64,000 bases of DNA, from the NCBI GenBank assembly GCA_964540065.1, contig CAZIKY010000001.1, positions 78,798 through 142,797 of the forward strand, read 5' to 3'. The position numbers were made by a program, and so were the translations under genes. The notes beneath the pieces are model-generated. The model was not told where the DNA came from, did no database searches, and was given only the letters and a program-made list of their open reading frames with translations. Below, piece by piece: positions 38,101 through 47,223 of the stretch. Within the stretch, counting starts at the first letter, position 1, and each line of letters begins with the position of its first letter. The DNA is from Candidatus Woesearchaeota archaeon. GTDB taxonomy: Archaea; Nanobdellota; Nanobdellia; Pacearchaeales; JAHJTO01.

Positions 38101-41100
38101 CTTTTGCATTCCTAGATTGTGAGGCGGCTTCCTTCAAGCATCTTGAAGCTTGGATGACAAAAAGCCTTGTCTGTTCTTCAGTAAGAGGCCCCAAACCACC
38201 TTGGCCTGGCTGATAATTCTCCGTAAGAGGGAAATATCTTGAGCAAGGAGAGTCGTCTCCTGAAGGATTGTCGACATAATCAATATTGCCATCTGGCCCA
38301 ACATTTGCTATCCAGAAGTGTGTGGGTTCTCCGGCTTCTGTATAAGACTCAACATTAGTTATGCCTGCCCTCAAGCTGTCTCCATACGGCCTTGTCGCCG
38401 CATACCATCCCTGGCTTCCATCTGGAGCTTGCCCTAAAGGAATAATTGCAGGCAATCCAGAATAAGGCCCGCTTCCCCAGTATCTTATCTCAGGATTCTG
38501 AAGTACATTGCTGCAGGATCTTCTTCCAGCAACCCTAAGCACTTTATTTCTCAAAACAACAGATTCAGGATCACTAACTTTAGTGACCTGCCCATTATCT
38601 AACTTGAAGTAATTTCCTGTAGGAAGATAAAAGTCTCCTTCACCTTTCGTGACAACCAAGCCGAATACTCCTGTGGCTACAAAAGGTTCAGCGAAGTCCG
38701 TCCTCGTTACCCTTGCATTTACTAAATTAATCAAGGCGATTGTGTCTCCTTCCTTAACCCCCAATCCTTCCAGATTTTGTGAAACTCCTGTAGTTTTTTC
38801 AAGGTCTTTTAAAGGTATTACGACTGCATCTGTGGCCTTGCCTTCAACGATTGTAGGTATGGTCGCTCTAAGATTGGGGAATATCTGGCTGACAGAATTT
38901 TTTGCTAAACTGGAATCCACAATGTTTTTGTGAAGAGTTTCATATTTAGTAAGCCTCTCAAAAAGTTTCTGTTCATATCCTTTACAGAATGCGCTACCAG
39001 GAGATAGTTCCTTTCCTTCACGGCACTTAGCAATAATCTGCGCTTCAGTATTCAGATCTCTGGTTTCTTCAAAGCTTAGGGTCTCATTTCCATAAAGACT
39101 TGAGAACCTGCTTAAGGCAGCACTGACTCTTGAAGGATCTAAAGTCTGATTCTGCCCATTTAAGTCAATACCACTTATCCCGCCGAGGTTATATCTGTTG
39201 AAAACTTCTGTCTGGAAAGCATCGACTAAAACTTTCCTGCCTTCAGGAGTTATAGTCTCTTTGCAGATTATTCCAATAAATGTGCAGTCTTTTTTTATTA
39301 CTCCCGGGGTTTTCTTAAGGGTCTCACTTAGCTTATTGGAATCTTCAATAACATTTTGCAGAGAATCTATCTGCTTTCCGATATCTTCACGAGATTTAAA
39401 AATGCATTCGTTGAAATCATTAGTCCCTATGCTCTGTTGATTAGATTTTTCATTGCACCATTCAGTCCATCCTTTGTAAGTTCCTCCTCTTGCACCAGTA
39501 AGGGTAGCTTCCCTCATGACAATCTGTCTGGCAAGAGCCTCCCCCTTTGAAACAAAATTTTCTATGAAATTTGTGGCCCAGATAGCTGCACTTCCTGCAA
39601 GGCAAACTTTTCTCCAAGTCATCACAAGATCTCCTAATCTTTGAGTGATTTCCTCAAATTGAGTGATAGTATTATCAAGCTGGGAGATCAAAGATTTTGT
39701 CTGTTCAGTACTAAGTTTTATTGCCCTCTTTTCTATCCCAATATGCACTGAGAAATTTGCAAAGGTCTCGCCTTCTTTGCTAAACGGATGAATTGAAACT
39801 GTAGCTTGCCTCTGAAGATTTATTCTCTCAAGCCGTACGTCGATTGTATCACTTAATTTCTCTGACTGCCCTCTTCTTAATGTGACTTCACTTCTCTTTA
39901 ACTGCTCATTTGGCCTGAAGTCGCTTATCCTTCTTAGGAATACTGAAGTTTCATCAATCCGTTCAACCTGCCAATCCGATCCGATCACTTCCTTAAAACC
40001 AACAGTCCTAATTTCATTATTGACAAAGATCTCTGCTCCAAGTTCTGCAGTTGTTGGCCTGGATAAAGTCTCCAAAGCAACATAATAAGTTCTTCCGCCT
40101 GAAGAGATAATCTTGGTAGCTTCATTTGTGTCTCCAGAAGAATAAATATCCTTAAGTCTCTGCCTTGCTTTTGGAGTCTTTGTTGACTGAGGATATCTGT
40201 TGATTATTTCTTCAAGAATTTTTACTTGATCTTGGTTTTTTCCCAATATCCTTGCAGTTTCAGCTGCCTGCCATAAGGCATTCTCACCAAGGAATTCTCC
40301 CTGAGGCGTATCTACTTCTTTTTCGTTAGGGAAATCTTTAACGACAGTTTCATAATTTGCCTTGTACAAAGCATAATATTTCTCCACGACAGGCTGATAG
40401 CTCTGCTGAAGTATCGCATCCACGCTTACAACCTCAATAACTACCCCATCAACAAGGCTATCGCTCCTATCAACTACAACAATTGAATCCGATCCGGCAA
40501 CTTCCCTTAAGGCCGAAGCAAAACTGCTTTGACTAGAAGCTTTAGCTCTGACATCAGATCCAGCAAGGAACCGCTCTATCCTCTTGTTCGTCTCAGTTAT
40601 CTGTTTTGGATCTCTTGTTTTTTGAAGTACCACTATTTTCCATTCTTCATTAAAGTTTTCTCTCGGAATAAGGTACTTCCCAACAAAAGAAACAGTGAAG
40701 TTGGAAGTTGGCTTTCCAGCCACATTCACTGAAAGCAAATCTCCTCCTCTGTACTCTTTGATCCCCTCTTCTCCTACCTTTATCCTTGCTATCGCTCCAG
40801 GCTTATTCAAAACATAAAGACCCTCGGGACATTGCAGCGAAACTCTTCCGCCGACCCCATACGATGAAGGGGAAACCTCTGTAACCCTGCACCGATTATC
40901 TAAAACCATCATCCCTTCACCGATATCAATGGAATTTCCGTTAACATTTAAGGTAGCTTTATCTTTAGGTGCATCTATTTGATTTAGCCGGATATTCAAT
41001 CCGGCACCGCAGTACATTCCCGGAAGGTAGACCAAAGAGGACCTTTTTCCAGGTTCAAGAGTGAAAGTCTGTAAAGGTCTTTCAGGTCCGGCATAAATTG

Positions 41101-41839
41101 CGACTTGAGCAGTATTTCCACTTATTCCAAGAACACGCACATAACCCTTGCCGTTCCAGAATCCATATCTCTGATAATCTCTTTGCCATTGCTCCTCTGT
41201 TAGAACTGGGAGAATAAAGTTGTCATTCGTTATTCCAAAGCTTGTGGTGACGTCATAGGTTATCCTAGCAGTTAAATTTGCATTTATCGAATCTGGCATG
41301 TCTCTCTCTGCAGGAATCTGATTTAAAACAACGACTACATATCCTAATTCTCCGCTTATAGGAGAACCGACAAGCTCATCAAAAGGAGTTGTCTGCTTTA
41401 AGGCAGCCCTATATGGGTGGAAAAGAATCGCCTTTATTCCTTCAGGAGCCCTGGCCCCAGAAGCAAAGTTTACACTCCTTATATGGGGCACTTCTATAAG
41501 AGGATTCGTTTTCAAAGTAGTTAGTTTGCAAAATACTGGAATGGACTGTTCTTCAAGAAGGTCAGATCTTACAACAGCAGGGCTGCAGGATCCTGGAAGA
41601 ATATTAAGCACAAAATCCTGCCCTTGTCCGTCCTGGCAGAATTGCTGGTCAATTGTCGGGAAATAATATTTTGAAGCTTCTCCATAATAACTGAACGGCG
41701 AATATTGGTAAGAGGGTATGGCTGAAACTTGCGCAGAAACAAATGCTGGATCAGAAACTAAGAATACTGCAAAAGCTACTGCTAAAATTATCGAAAACTT
41801 CTTCATTAAAAGTTTTTTATTTATTTCTCCTTTTGCCAT
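35153..41839 (-). CDS. Giant (2228 aa) secreted, Cys-rich surface protein with a C-proximal GH23/SLT lytic-transglycosylase-like domain
   Basis: Uninterrupted 6.7-kb ORF. Sec-type signal peptide (KKFSIILAVAFAVFLVSDPAFVSAQV). SLT motifs LILRESGG (catalytic Glu at about residue 1888, nt 36176..36178), AIGLMQI and ALAEYLVGGPN. A mid-protein and a C-terminal Cys-rich segment (last about 95 aa). Confidence 0.7.
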   Translation of the reverse strand: MAKGEINKKLLMKKFSIILAVAFAVFLVSDPAFVSAQVSAIPSYQYSPFSYYGEASKYYFPTIDQQFCQDGQGQDFVLNILPGSCSPAVVRSDLLEEQSIPVFCKLTTLKTNPLIEVPHIRSVNFASGARAPEGIKAILFHPYRAALKQTTPFDELVGSPISGELGYVVVVLNQIPAERDMPDSINANLTARITYDVTTSFGITNDNFILPVLTEEQWQRDYQRYGFWNGKGYVRVLGISGNTAQVAIYAGPERPLQTFTLEPGKRSSLVYLPGMYCGAGLNIRLNQIDAPKDKATLNVNGNSIDIGEGMMVLDNRCRVTEVSPSSYGVGGRVSLQCPEGLYVLNKPGAIARIKVGEEGIKEYRGGDLLSVNVAGKPTSNFTVSFVGKYLIPRENFNEEWKIVVLQKTRDPKQITETNKRIERFLAGSDVRAKASSQSSFASALREVAGSDSIVVVDRSDSLVDGVVIEVVSVDAILQQSYQPVVEKYYALYKANYETVVKDFPNEKEVDTPQGEFLGENALWQAAETARILGKNQDQVKILEEIINRYPQSTKTPKARQRLKDIYSSGDTNEATKIISSGGRTYYVALETLSRPTTAELGAEIFVNNEIRTVGFKEVIGSDWQVERIDETSVFLRRISDFRPNEQLKRSEVTLRRGQSEKLSDTIDVRLERINLQRQATVSIHPFSKEGETFANFSVHIGIEKRAIKLSTEQTKSLISQLDNTITQFEEITQRLGDLVMTWRKVCLAGSAAIWATNFIENFVSKGEALARQIVMREATLTGARGGTYKGWTEWCNEKSNQQSIGTNDFNECIFKSREDIGKQIDSLQNVIEDSNKLSETLKKTPGVIKKDCTFIGIICKETITPEGRKVLVDAFQTEVFNRYNLGGISGIDLNGQNQTLDPSRVSAALSRFSSLYGNETLSFEETRDLNTEAQIIAKCREGKELSPGSAFCKGYEQKLFERLTKYETLHKNIVDSSLAKNSVSQIFPNLRATIPTIVEGKATDAVVIPLKDLEKTTGVSQNLEGLGVKEGDTIALINLVNARVTRTDFAEPFVATGVFGLVVTKGEGDFYLPTGNYFKLDNGQVTKVSDPESVVLRNKVLRVAGRRSCSNVLQNPEIRYWGSGPYSGLPAIIPLGQAPDGSQGWYAATRPYGDSLRAGITNVESYTEAGEPTHFWIANVGPDGNIDYVDNPSGDDSPCSRYFPLTENYQPGQGGLGPLTEEQTRLFVIQASRCLKEAASQSRNAKVGQPISLPSCGITVPVGQAKATSPGIECEDVMSPERCNLLYNLCDPVLCPPSRCDFGGRFPTDNVVQTGIVGSLALCLPNAGVPGILGGEKGGVAVPVCLTGVHAGLDNLVSVLKDVRRCLQENLETGRNVGICDQLKSVYLCEFFWKELTPLLKVGIPNLVERTVYGRGGGGEYMTFASAYENSVQQVQFFTNYYGANALRAFQVRSTAEAGSFLCKAFIGLRYPDSANLFDELARPESPVQINAWFDEIPFSSVTVPQSSQYKVFWHIFAGRDEPAYWTVYLAEPAFVPTINIPERAIIQTGYTPIGESADITRDVILPSGYKQLCVRVNLKDYCGFKKATTGFGVQEITDYYVASQTVPDYQIKTEDECTAGKSTLLAAESLPEALLPVLAQPGVGGIGEAVQPEIYRRGIVRICSGDNPGLRSDPNRWDKVGFCDPDGRIGCWLDRNTVSNAIRDLGLRNLTLEESRNQSINLLTQEGKIVTEQESRDIYSKLTTGDRKEELDNLLRQLKKIISEGKTSRKESAVIDQDISEALRASRAFSEFNRVAESSISNRYKALSRIKIVEIYKLIVTELRTLPAPTETVTGTGQSAGNKKLKCSNVESQYGELIREVMAEIGASERYSEYETHTLVKALILRESGGNPNAVSVSNAIGLMQILFGRNGPAPQITDPDDLKDPRTNIRAGLSHLISVHNKHRRKDQPVSFALAEYLVGGPNLEGAIKFYKVNTWSDLENVIRTTSSSQFMVRGRRLADDLGTNVVSYTNDILENYRLCQESAVADSQDGIVFSGEQTTRGQITSWGSPQTIYYTVSRTELLADFVLNTLGKIYGYESQLDDRARSKVQQIIRENNLESASLAPGKRINITLSAVEAQEFENFKKNNPSSCGECGKGVTSLCTRNNCGNIALEIKGNELSYTSCYYKPEIWPFEDSFGSCSSCASAPSCSEFDGNPSACTNEACTSVAKLNCEYNSGSRLCLEVA

Positions 41840-41857
41840 CCTATTTTTTATTTTTGA

Positions 41858-43720
41858 TTATCTAAGTGTAATTCCAACAGTTGAAACTGCAATATTATTG
41901 TAAACGTCCTGCAGTTCCAAAACAGTTCTAGGGGTTGGCTGCGCACCAATCTCCACACCAACGAAACTTGCTGCTTCCAAATCTTCATCTGTAAACATTA
42001 CATCAGCAGTGCCACCGCCGATAGTAAGCTGATTGAGCTCTTGGGCAGGCTGACTGATAGTATAACATTCTTCTCTGTCAAAGCCTAAAACTCCGAACAG
42101 TCCGCTTCTAGGAACACTCACACATTTCTCAACGCTTTGTGCTTCAAGGACGATCCTTCCTTCTTTGAAAAGGTAAGAAGTTACCTTATAGTTCCCCTCA
42201 ACAAGATTTATTCTATTCTGTTCTGGATATAAAATGCTTTCAGTAGCGTCTTCAGAACTGAATGTTACTAAAGCAGTCTCGCCCTCTTCCAGCCTTACGA
42301 GATCCTTAAGTACAACAACTTCAAGATTATGCTTTGGCTTCATTATAACAACTGCGCTTTCCACTTCATTCGTTGAAACTTGGACCCTTGCATCAGCATA
42401 GCCTTCTTTTTTAGCGATGATAAATCCGTTAACGCATTGAGGGAATTGTCCTTCAAGATTTCCTTCCTCTGCAAAGCCTACTCGACAGACGGTCCCTGCG
42501 CATTTAAAGCTTACATCTGCTTCAACAGAAAATCCTTGGAGATCAATCACATCTACATTAACCTCTTGGGTCTTGAATTGGCAAAGCTCCTGCACTTCTC
42601 CTTCCGGACTTTCGATTGGAACTTCTCCTCTTGGAAGATTATTTTCAACTGAGACAATCACGGGAAATTGGAAAAGACCGAAGTCTTCATCGAAAATTTG
42701 CACCATTACTGGATAAGTAACGGTATAGACGAAGTGATAAGGGACATAACAGAATCCCAGTATTCCGAGCCCCTCTTGGTTTCCTATTGGGTCTGCCCTT
42801 AAAAGATCATCAGTAGAAGGGACTATCTCTATTTTTGTGGGGAAATTTTGATCATAAATGAAATTCACTTGTTCTCCTTCTAAGCCAAGATCCAGGTCTC
42901 TTTCAAAATATTTTCTTTCATCACTTGAAAGATCATAGTAATTTCCGGCGACCCTTATTGTAGGGATGTTGTCTGCAAGTGCAGTCTTAAGATCGCTAAC
43001 AATTTGTTGCTTCTGCCATATCTTGGGGCTGCAGGTCAATTCAACTCCTGTCCCCGGGACATATAATGCGAGGATATCTGTGGTGTACTCTTCAAAAAAC
43101 TTAAGATTTTTATGCCGGTCATAAAGTGCTGTAGACAGATCATAAAGCCTTCCAAAATTGCTTCTTACAGAAGTAGAGTAAGAAGTGATCCTTCTCGAGG
43201 TCTGTTGGTAATCGATTGTAACAGGCCATTCAAGATCCACATAAACTCTGTCAGACCTCAGATCAACATTTATATTAGAAGGCTCTTCCAAAGTAAAGAC
43301 ATAGCCTTCTTGTTCAAGAGCGGAAAAGTCACAGTTAAGAAGATTTTGAGAGATATAATCCTCTAGTTGATTTTCCATCGAGCTTATAGAAGGGACTTGC
43401 TCTTTGTATATTCCATTTGCAGAGAGGTAAAACCAGAAAGGAATTGTTGATCCAAAAAATTCTAACTGGGAAGTTGAAGGAGCATATTCGCTTCCAGGTT
43501 CAAACTCTGGAAGTTCAATGTATCCGCCTTGTTCCCCCATAGTTTCAAGACCCTCGAGAGCCAAGTCAGAAACGCACCCTAAAATTTGATCATTAACTGG
43601 CGCAACATCTGCAGGCAGACCAAACGGCCTCAAACCTAAAGAGTATGCAAGAACAATTCCTGCGACAAGCAAAATCGCAATGATTACATATAGGGCAATC
43701 TGGCCTTTCTTATTCGACAT
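41858..43720 (-). CDS. Acidic secreted protein with an N-terminal class III (type IV pilin-like) signal/anchor
   Basis: The probable start is the internal ATG giving MSNKKGQIALYVIIAILLVAGIVLAYSLG (K-K-G then a hydrophobic helix). About 620 aa. The track ORF from 43837 overlaps tRNA-Val, so its N-terminal extension is discounted. Confidence 0.5.
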   Translation of the reverse strand: MSNKKGQIALYVIIAILLVAGIVLAYSLGLRPFGLPADVAPVNDQILGCVSDLALEGLETMGEQGGYIELPEFEPGSEYAPSTSQLEFFGSTIPFWFYLSANGIYKEQVPSISSMENQLEDYISQNLLNCDFSALEQEGYVFTLEEPSNINVDLRSDRVYVDLEWPVTIDYQQTSRRITSYSTSVRSNFGRLYDLSTALYDRHKNLKFFEEYTTDILALYVPGTGVELTCSPKIWQKQQIVSDLKTALADNIPTIRVAGNYYDLSSDERKYFERDLDLGLEGEQVNFIYDQNFPTKIEIVPSTDDLLRADPIGNQEGLGILGFCYVPYHFVYTVTYPVMVQIFDEDFGLFQFPVIVSVENNLPRGEVPIESPEGEVQELCQFKTQEVNVDVIDLQGFSVEADVSFKCAGTVCRVGFAEEGNLEGQFPQCVNGFIIAKKEGYADARVQVSTNEVESAVVIMKPKHNLEVVVLKDLVRLEEGETALVTFSSEDATESILYPEQNRINLVEGNYKVTSYLFKEGRIVLEAQSVEKCVSVPRSGLFGVLGFDREECYTISQPAQELNQLTIGGGTADVMFTDEDLEAASFVGVEIGAQPTPRTVLELQDVYNNIAVSTVGITLR

Positions 43721-43796
43721 TTTCCCTCTTTTAAGCTCATTTAAAGAGGAAAAAGTGATATATAAAGGTTGTTCAATAATCTCGAAGAAAAATAAA

Positions 43797-43868
43797 TGAC
43801 CCCAGGAGGAGTCGAACCTCCATTTGGTCCACGTCAAGGACCCGTCATAGCCGCTAGACCATGGGGTC
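43797..43868 (-). tRNA. tRNA-Val (anticodon GAC)
   Basis: Minus-strand cloverleaf: acceptor GACCCCA/TGGGGTC, anticodon stem GGTCC/GGACC with loop TTGACGT, T-arm GGAGG-TTCGACT-CCTCC. A TTTAAAAC box lies about 30 nt upstream at 43897..43904. Confidence 0.8.
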
Positions 43869-43905
43869 AGTCATAACGTTGATAGAAAAGCGCGTGTTTT
43901 AAAGA

Positions 43906-45039
43906 TTATGGTTGCCTTTTCTGCCTGCCTTTCTTTGATCCCTTAGAATTTGACTTCTCTTTTTCAGGAGTTGCAGGAATTGATTTGACAACATTGTAAG
44001 AGATTTCTATCCCCTCCTTATCATATCTCTTCTTGAGCGCCTTTATGAATTCGTGAGTCACAAGGTACTTGTCGACATATCCTTCGACCATTAAACGCAC
44101 AGAGAATTCGATATTAGAACCGGCGAATTTGGAGAACCTCATAAAAGGTTGAAAAGTCTCTACAGCCCCTGGAACTTCTTTTTGGATTTGTCTGGCCACA
44201 TCTAATGTAACTCTCTCTACCTTTTCCAAGTTAGAGTCGTAAGAAACTCCGCAATCCACAAGGATAATAGTTTCCTCTTTTGGCAAAGAATTGTTAATCA
44301 ACAAACTGTCAGCGATTTTAGAATTTGGAACTACAATGGTATTGCTAAGGACAGTCCTTATCCTTGTAGTATTCCAGCCTATATCCTCGACGTATCCCGC
44401 ATTATTTGCATCAATTTCTATGAAGTCTCCTACATTAAGGGATTTGTCGGATAAAAGCCTTAAACCTGCAAAAAAGTTTGCCAGTGTAGGCTGCAAAGCT
44501 AGGCCGATCGCAAGAGCTCCTACTCCAAGGGTTGCCAGAAGTGGAGTGATTGCAACGTTAAAAAAATCTAGGATAATAAGTCCACCGATTATGTAAATTA
44601 TCCCGCTGACAATTTTATTTATCAGTTTAGGAGTTTTCCTAACCCCATGATGGGCCCTGAGCCAGTGTGTAAATGCAGTATTGATTGTGGTGGAAAGTGA
44701 GATTGCCACTAAAAGAACTGCTAGAACAAAGAAGGTTGTGTTAAGAAATCCAGAATAGGATTTTATAAAGGTAAGAGATTGAAGGGCAAGATAGATCCCT
44801 GCAAAGAGTATAAGATAATAGATGGGAAGGTTAACCATCCTTAAGAAATTATCATCAAAGTGCGTCTCCGTCTTTCTTGCAAATTTCACGTAAAGAGTAT
44901 TAAGGAACTTATACACAAGACTTGCAAAGATCCATGCTGCAAGTAGAAAAAGACTAGCCTGCAAATATTCATTCTGCATAACAAGCGGAAATTTAATACT
45001 GGATAAATCTGACAAAACTGCAAAGACCGAAAGCCCCAT
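43906..45039 (-). CDS. Small-conductance mechanosensitive channel (MscS family)
   Basis: 377 aa. N-terminal TM helices, the MscS pore helix region (GVGALAIGLALQPTLANFFAGL) and a C-terminal beta domain. Confidence 0.8.
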   Translation of the reverse strand: MGLSVFAVLSDLSSIKFPLVMQNEYLQASLFLLAAWIFASLVYKFLNTLYVKFARKTETHFDDNFLRMVNLPIYYLILFAGIYLALQSLTFIKSYSGFLNTTFFVLAVLLVAISLSTTINTAFTHWLRAHHGVRKTPKLINKIVSGIIYIIGGLIILDFFNVAITPLLATLGVGALAIGLALQPTLANFFAGLRLLSDKSLNVGDFIEIDANNAGYVEDIGWNTTRIRTVLSNTIVVPNSKIADSLLINNSLPKEETIILVDCGVSYDSNLEKVERVTLDVARQIQKEVPGAVETFQPFMRFSKFAGSNIEFSVRLMVEGYVDKYLVTHEFIKALKKRYDKEGIEISYNVVKSIPATPEKEKSNSKGSKKGRQKRQP

Positions 45040-45131
45040 TTCACCCCTCTTTATCCATGATATTTGATCGACTATTTAAAGCTATTTGACTGCAAAATAA
45101 GGTTTAAAAATCGTCGCTGTTCACTAAAGAC

Positions 45132-46400
45132 ATGGCAAGAATCTATATAGAGACAAATGGGTGCACCCATAATCAGTCAGACAGCGAGCATATGGCCGGC
45201 TTACTTTCGCAAAACGGGCACCAGATTGTCAATAATGAAGAGTCAGCAGACTTGGTTTTATTTAACACTTGCACCGTAAAAACCCCTACCGAGCATGCTT
45301 TTTTTAATCGCCTAAAAGAAGTCGAAGGAAAAAATAAAAAGATTGTTGTGGGGGGATGCATCCCGCAGTCAGATCCAGGAAAATTCAAAAACCATTCAAT
45401 AATCGGAACCCATCAGCTTGAAAAAATAAATGAAATCGTTATTGGAACATTAAATGGGGAAACTTTGTCTGCAGTCAAGAGAAACAGCCAAAATCCCCTT
45501 CTTCTCCCAAAAATACGCTCTAATCCCTTGATAGAAATAATCACGATAAATACTGGCTGTTTGGGATCCTGCACTTTTTGCAAAACAAAATCTGCTAGGG
45601 GAAACTTAGCTTCATACCCTCCGGAAGAAATAATCAAAAGAGCAAGGGAGGCCACAAATGAAGGCGTTAAGGAGATATGGCTCACTTCTCAAGACACTGC
45701 TTGTTATGGCTTTGACAAAAAGACTAATGTTGCAAATCTTCTAAAAGAACTCTGCAAGATAAATAAAGACTTTAAGATCCGTTTGGGTATGGGAAATCCA
45801 GACCATTTCATAAAGATAACAGACGAATTAATTGAAGCCATGAAAGACAATAAGATTTACAAATTTTTGCATATCCCTCTCCAATCAGGAAACAATGAGG
45901 TTTTGAAAGATATGAAAAGAGAGTACACATTGGAGCAATATAAGATTATAATCGAAAAATTCAAAAAAGCAATTCCGGATATAACTGTCGCTACAGATAT
46001 AATCTGCGGTTTTCCGGGTGAAACAAAAGATCAATTTGAAGATACAGCCAGGATAATTCAGGAAACTAAACCGGATATAGTCAACGTTTCTAGATACTGG
46101 GCAAGAAGCAAGACTCTCGCCTCAAGAAGAAAAGACCAAGTTCCAACTAAAGAGATAATGCAAAGAAGTGAAAGACTATCTAAAATTGCTCAAAAAATCT
46201 CGTTAGAAAACAAAAGAAAAAATATTGGAAAGGAGTTCAGAATTTTAATCACTGAAAGTGGTAAGGAAAACCTCCAGTGGAAAGGCCGGACAGCAAATTA
46301 CTTAGAAACTCTAGTCAAAGGGCACTTGAAAATAGGTCAAGAGATCCAGGTAAAAATAACTGGAGCGACAGCACATAACCTAATAGGGAAAAAGATTTGA
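45132..46400 (+). CDS. Radical-SAM tRNA methylthiotransferase (archaeal/eukaryal MtaB/CDKAL1-like, ms2t6A)
   Basis: 422 aa. N-terminal MTTase domain with Cys (IETNGCTHNQ), radical SAM GCLGSCTFC and a C-terminal TRAM-like domain. Confidence 0.8.
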   Translation: MARIYIETNGCTHNQSDSEHMAGLLSQNGHQIVNNEESADLVLFNTCTVKTPTEHAFFNRLKEVEGKNKKIVVGGCIPQSDPGKFKNHSIIGTHQLEKINEIVIGTLNGETLSAVKRNSQNPLLLPKIRSNPLIEIITINTGCLGSCTFCKTKSARGNLASYPPEEIIKRAREATNEGVKEIWLTSQDTACYGFDKKTNVANLLKELCKINKDFKIRLGMGNPDHFIKITDELIEAMKDNKIYKFLHIPLQSGNNEVLKDMKREYTLEQYKIIIEKFKKAIPDITVATDIICGFPGETKDQFEDTARIIQETKPDIVNVSRYWARSKTLASRRKDQVPTKEIMQRSERLSKIAQKISLENKRKNIGKEFRILITESGKENLQWKGRTANYLETLVKGHLKIGQEIQVKITGATAHNLIGKKI

Positions 46401-46403
46401 TAA

Positions 46404-47090
46404 CTACACGACCCTAATAATCATCCATATTCCTAAAAGTATTAACACTAAGCCTAAGGATAGTCTCATCAATCCCCTGTGTTTAAGCCTCCAGCTTTCT
46501 AGTTTTTTAATTGAAGCGCCCTTGAATACTGCAAAAAGAATAACTATTAGGGGCAAGATGAAAATAAGATTATAAAGGACAAGCAGGGTAAAATTGCTTA
46601 TTGTTAATCCCGAAAGAGACATGAGGCTTAAAACGGCCAAGTAAACTGCTCCAGTACATGGAAGCTCGACTAAGGCTACAAATGCTCCCAAAAAGAAGGC
46701 AGTACTAAGCTTTCCCGAAACCCTTTTAACATAAACTTTTATCCTTTCTGCTTCCTTGGGAAAGATCATAAGGCTTGGCCCCAAACCATACCAAAAATAA
46801 TCCTTTATCTCAAGAAGCCCTGCAACTATAATAATCGCTGCAAGAACAATATAAGATATAACTGAGAACCTTCCAAGCTGCTGGATTATCGGGAGAATTA
46901 AAAGCCCTGCAAGAAGATAAGTTATGAAAACCGCAGAAATATAAACTAATCCATTGACTAAAATTTTTCCCCTCTCCTTGAAAGTTTTAGTAAGATATGC
47001 CAACAAGAATATCAGGACCCCAAAAGCACAAGGGTTGATTGCATCTACAGCAGCCGCTCCGATAATTAAAGGGATATTTACTTCAGCCAT
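46404..47090 (-). CDS. ccdA: CcdA/DsbD-family thiol-disulfide transporter membrane protein
   Basis: 228 aa polytopic protein with the two conserved intramembrane Cys (INPCAFG and ELPCTGA). Confidence 0.7.
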   Translation of the reverse strand: MAEVNIPLIIGAAAVDAINPCAFGVLIFLLAYLTKTFKERGKILVNGLVYISAVFITYLLAGLLILPIIQQLGRFSVISYIVLAAIIIVAGLLEIKDYFWYGLGPSLMIFPKEAERIKVYVKRVSGKLSTAFFLGAFVALVELPCTGAVYLAVLSLMSLSGLTISNFTLLVLYNLIFILPLIVILFAVFKGASIKKLESWRLKHRGLMRLSLGLVLILLGIWMIIRVV

Positions 47091-47097
47091 CGTCTAA

Positions 47098-47223
47098 TTA
47101 ACAAAATTCGCAAACTTTCTTCTTCTTTGCAGCTTCGAATGCTTTACGGCATTTTTCACTGCAAAATTTTTGGGCTTTTCCCTTCAGCACCTTTTTGCAT
47201 ACTTTGCATAAACCGTCAGTCAT
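47098..47223 (-). CDS. 41-aa zinc-ribbon mini-protein
   Basis: MTDGLCKVCKKVLKGKAQKFCSEKCRKAFEAAKKKKVCEFC (CxxC ... CxxxC ... CxxC). Its ATG abuts the stop of the upstream His-rich membrane gene and it ends 8 nt before ccdA. Confidence 0.35.
   Translation of the reverse strand: MTDGLCKVCKKVLKGKAQKFCSEKCRKAFEAAKKKKVCEFC

Noticed and set aside
43721-43837. N-terminal extension of the 659-aa ORF
   Set aside because: It overlaps tRNA-Val (43797-43868). The internal Met yields a clean signal-anchor N-terminus.
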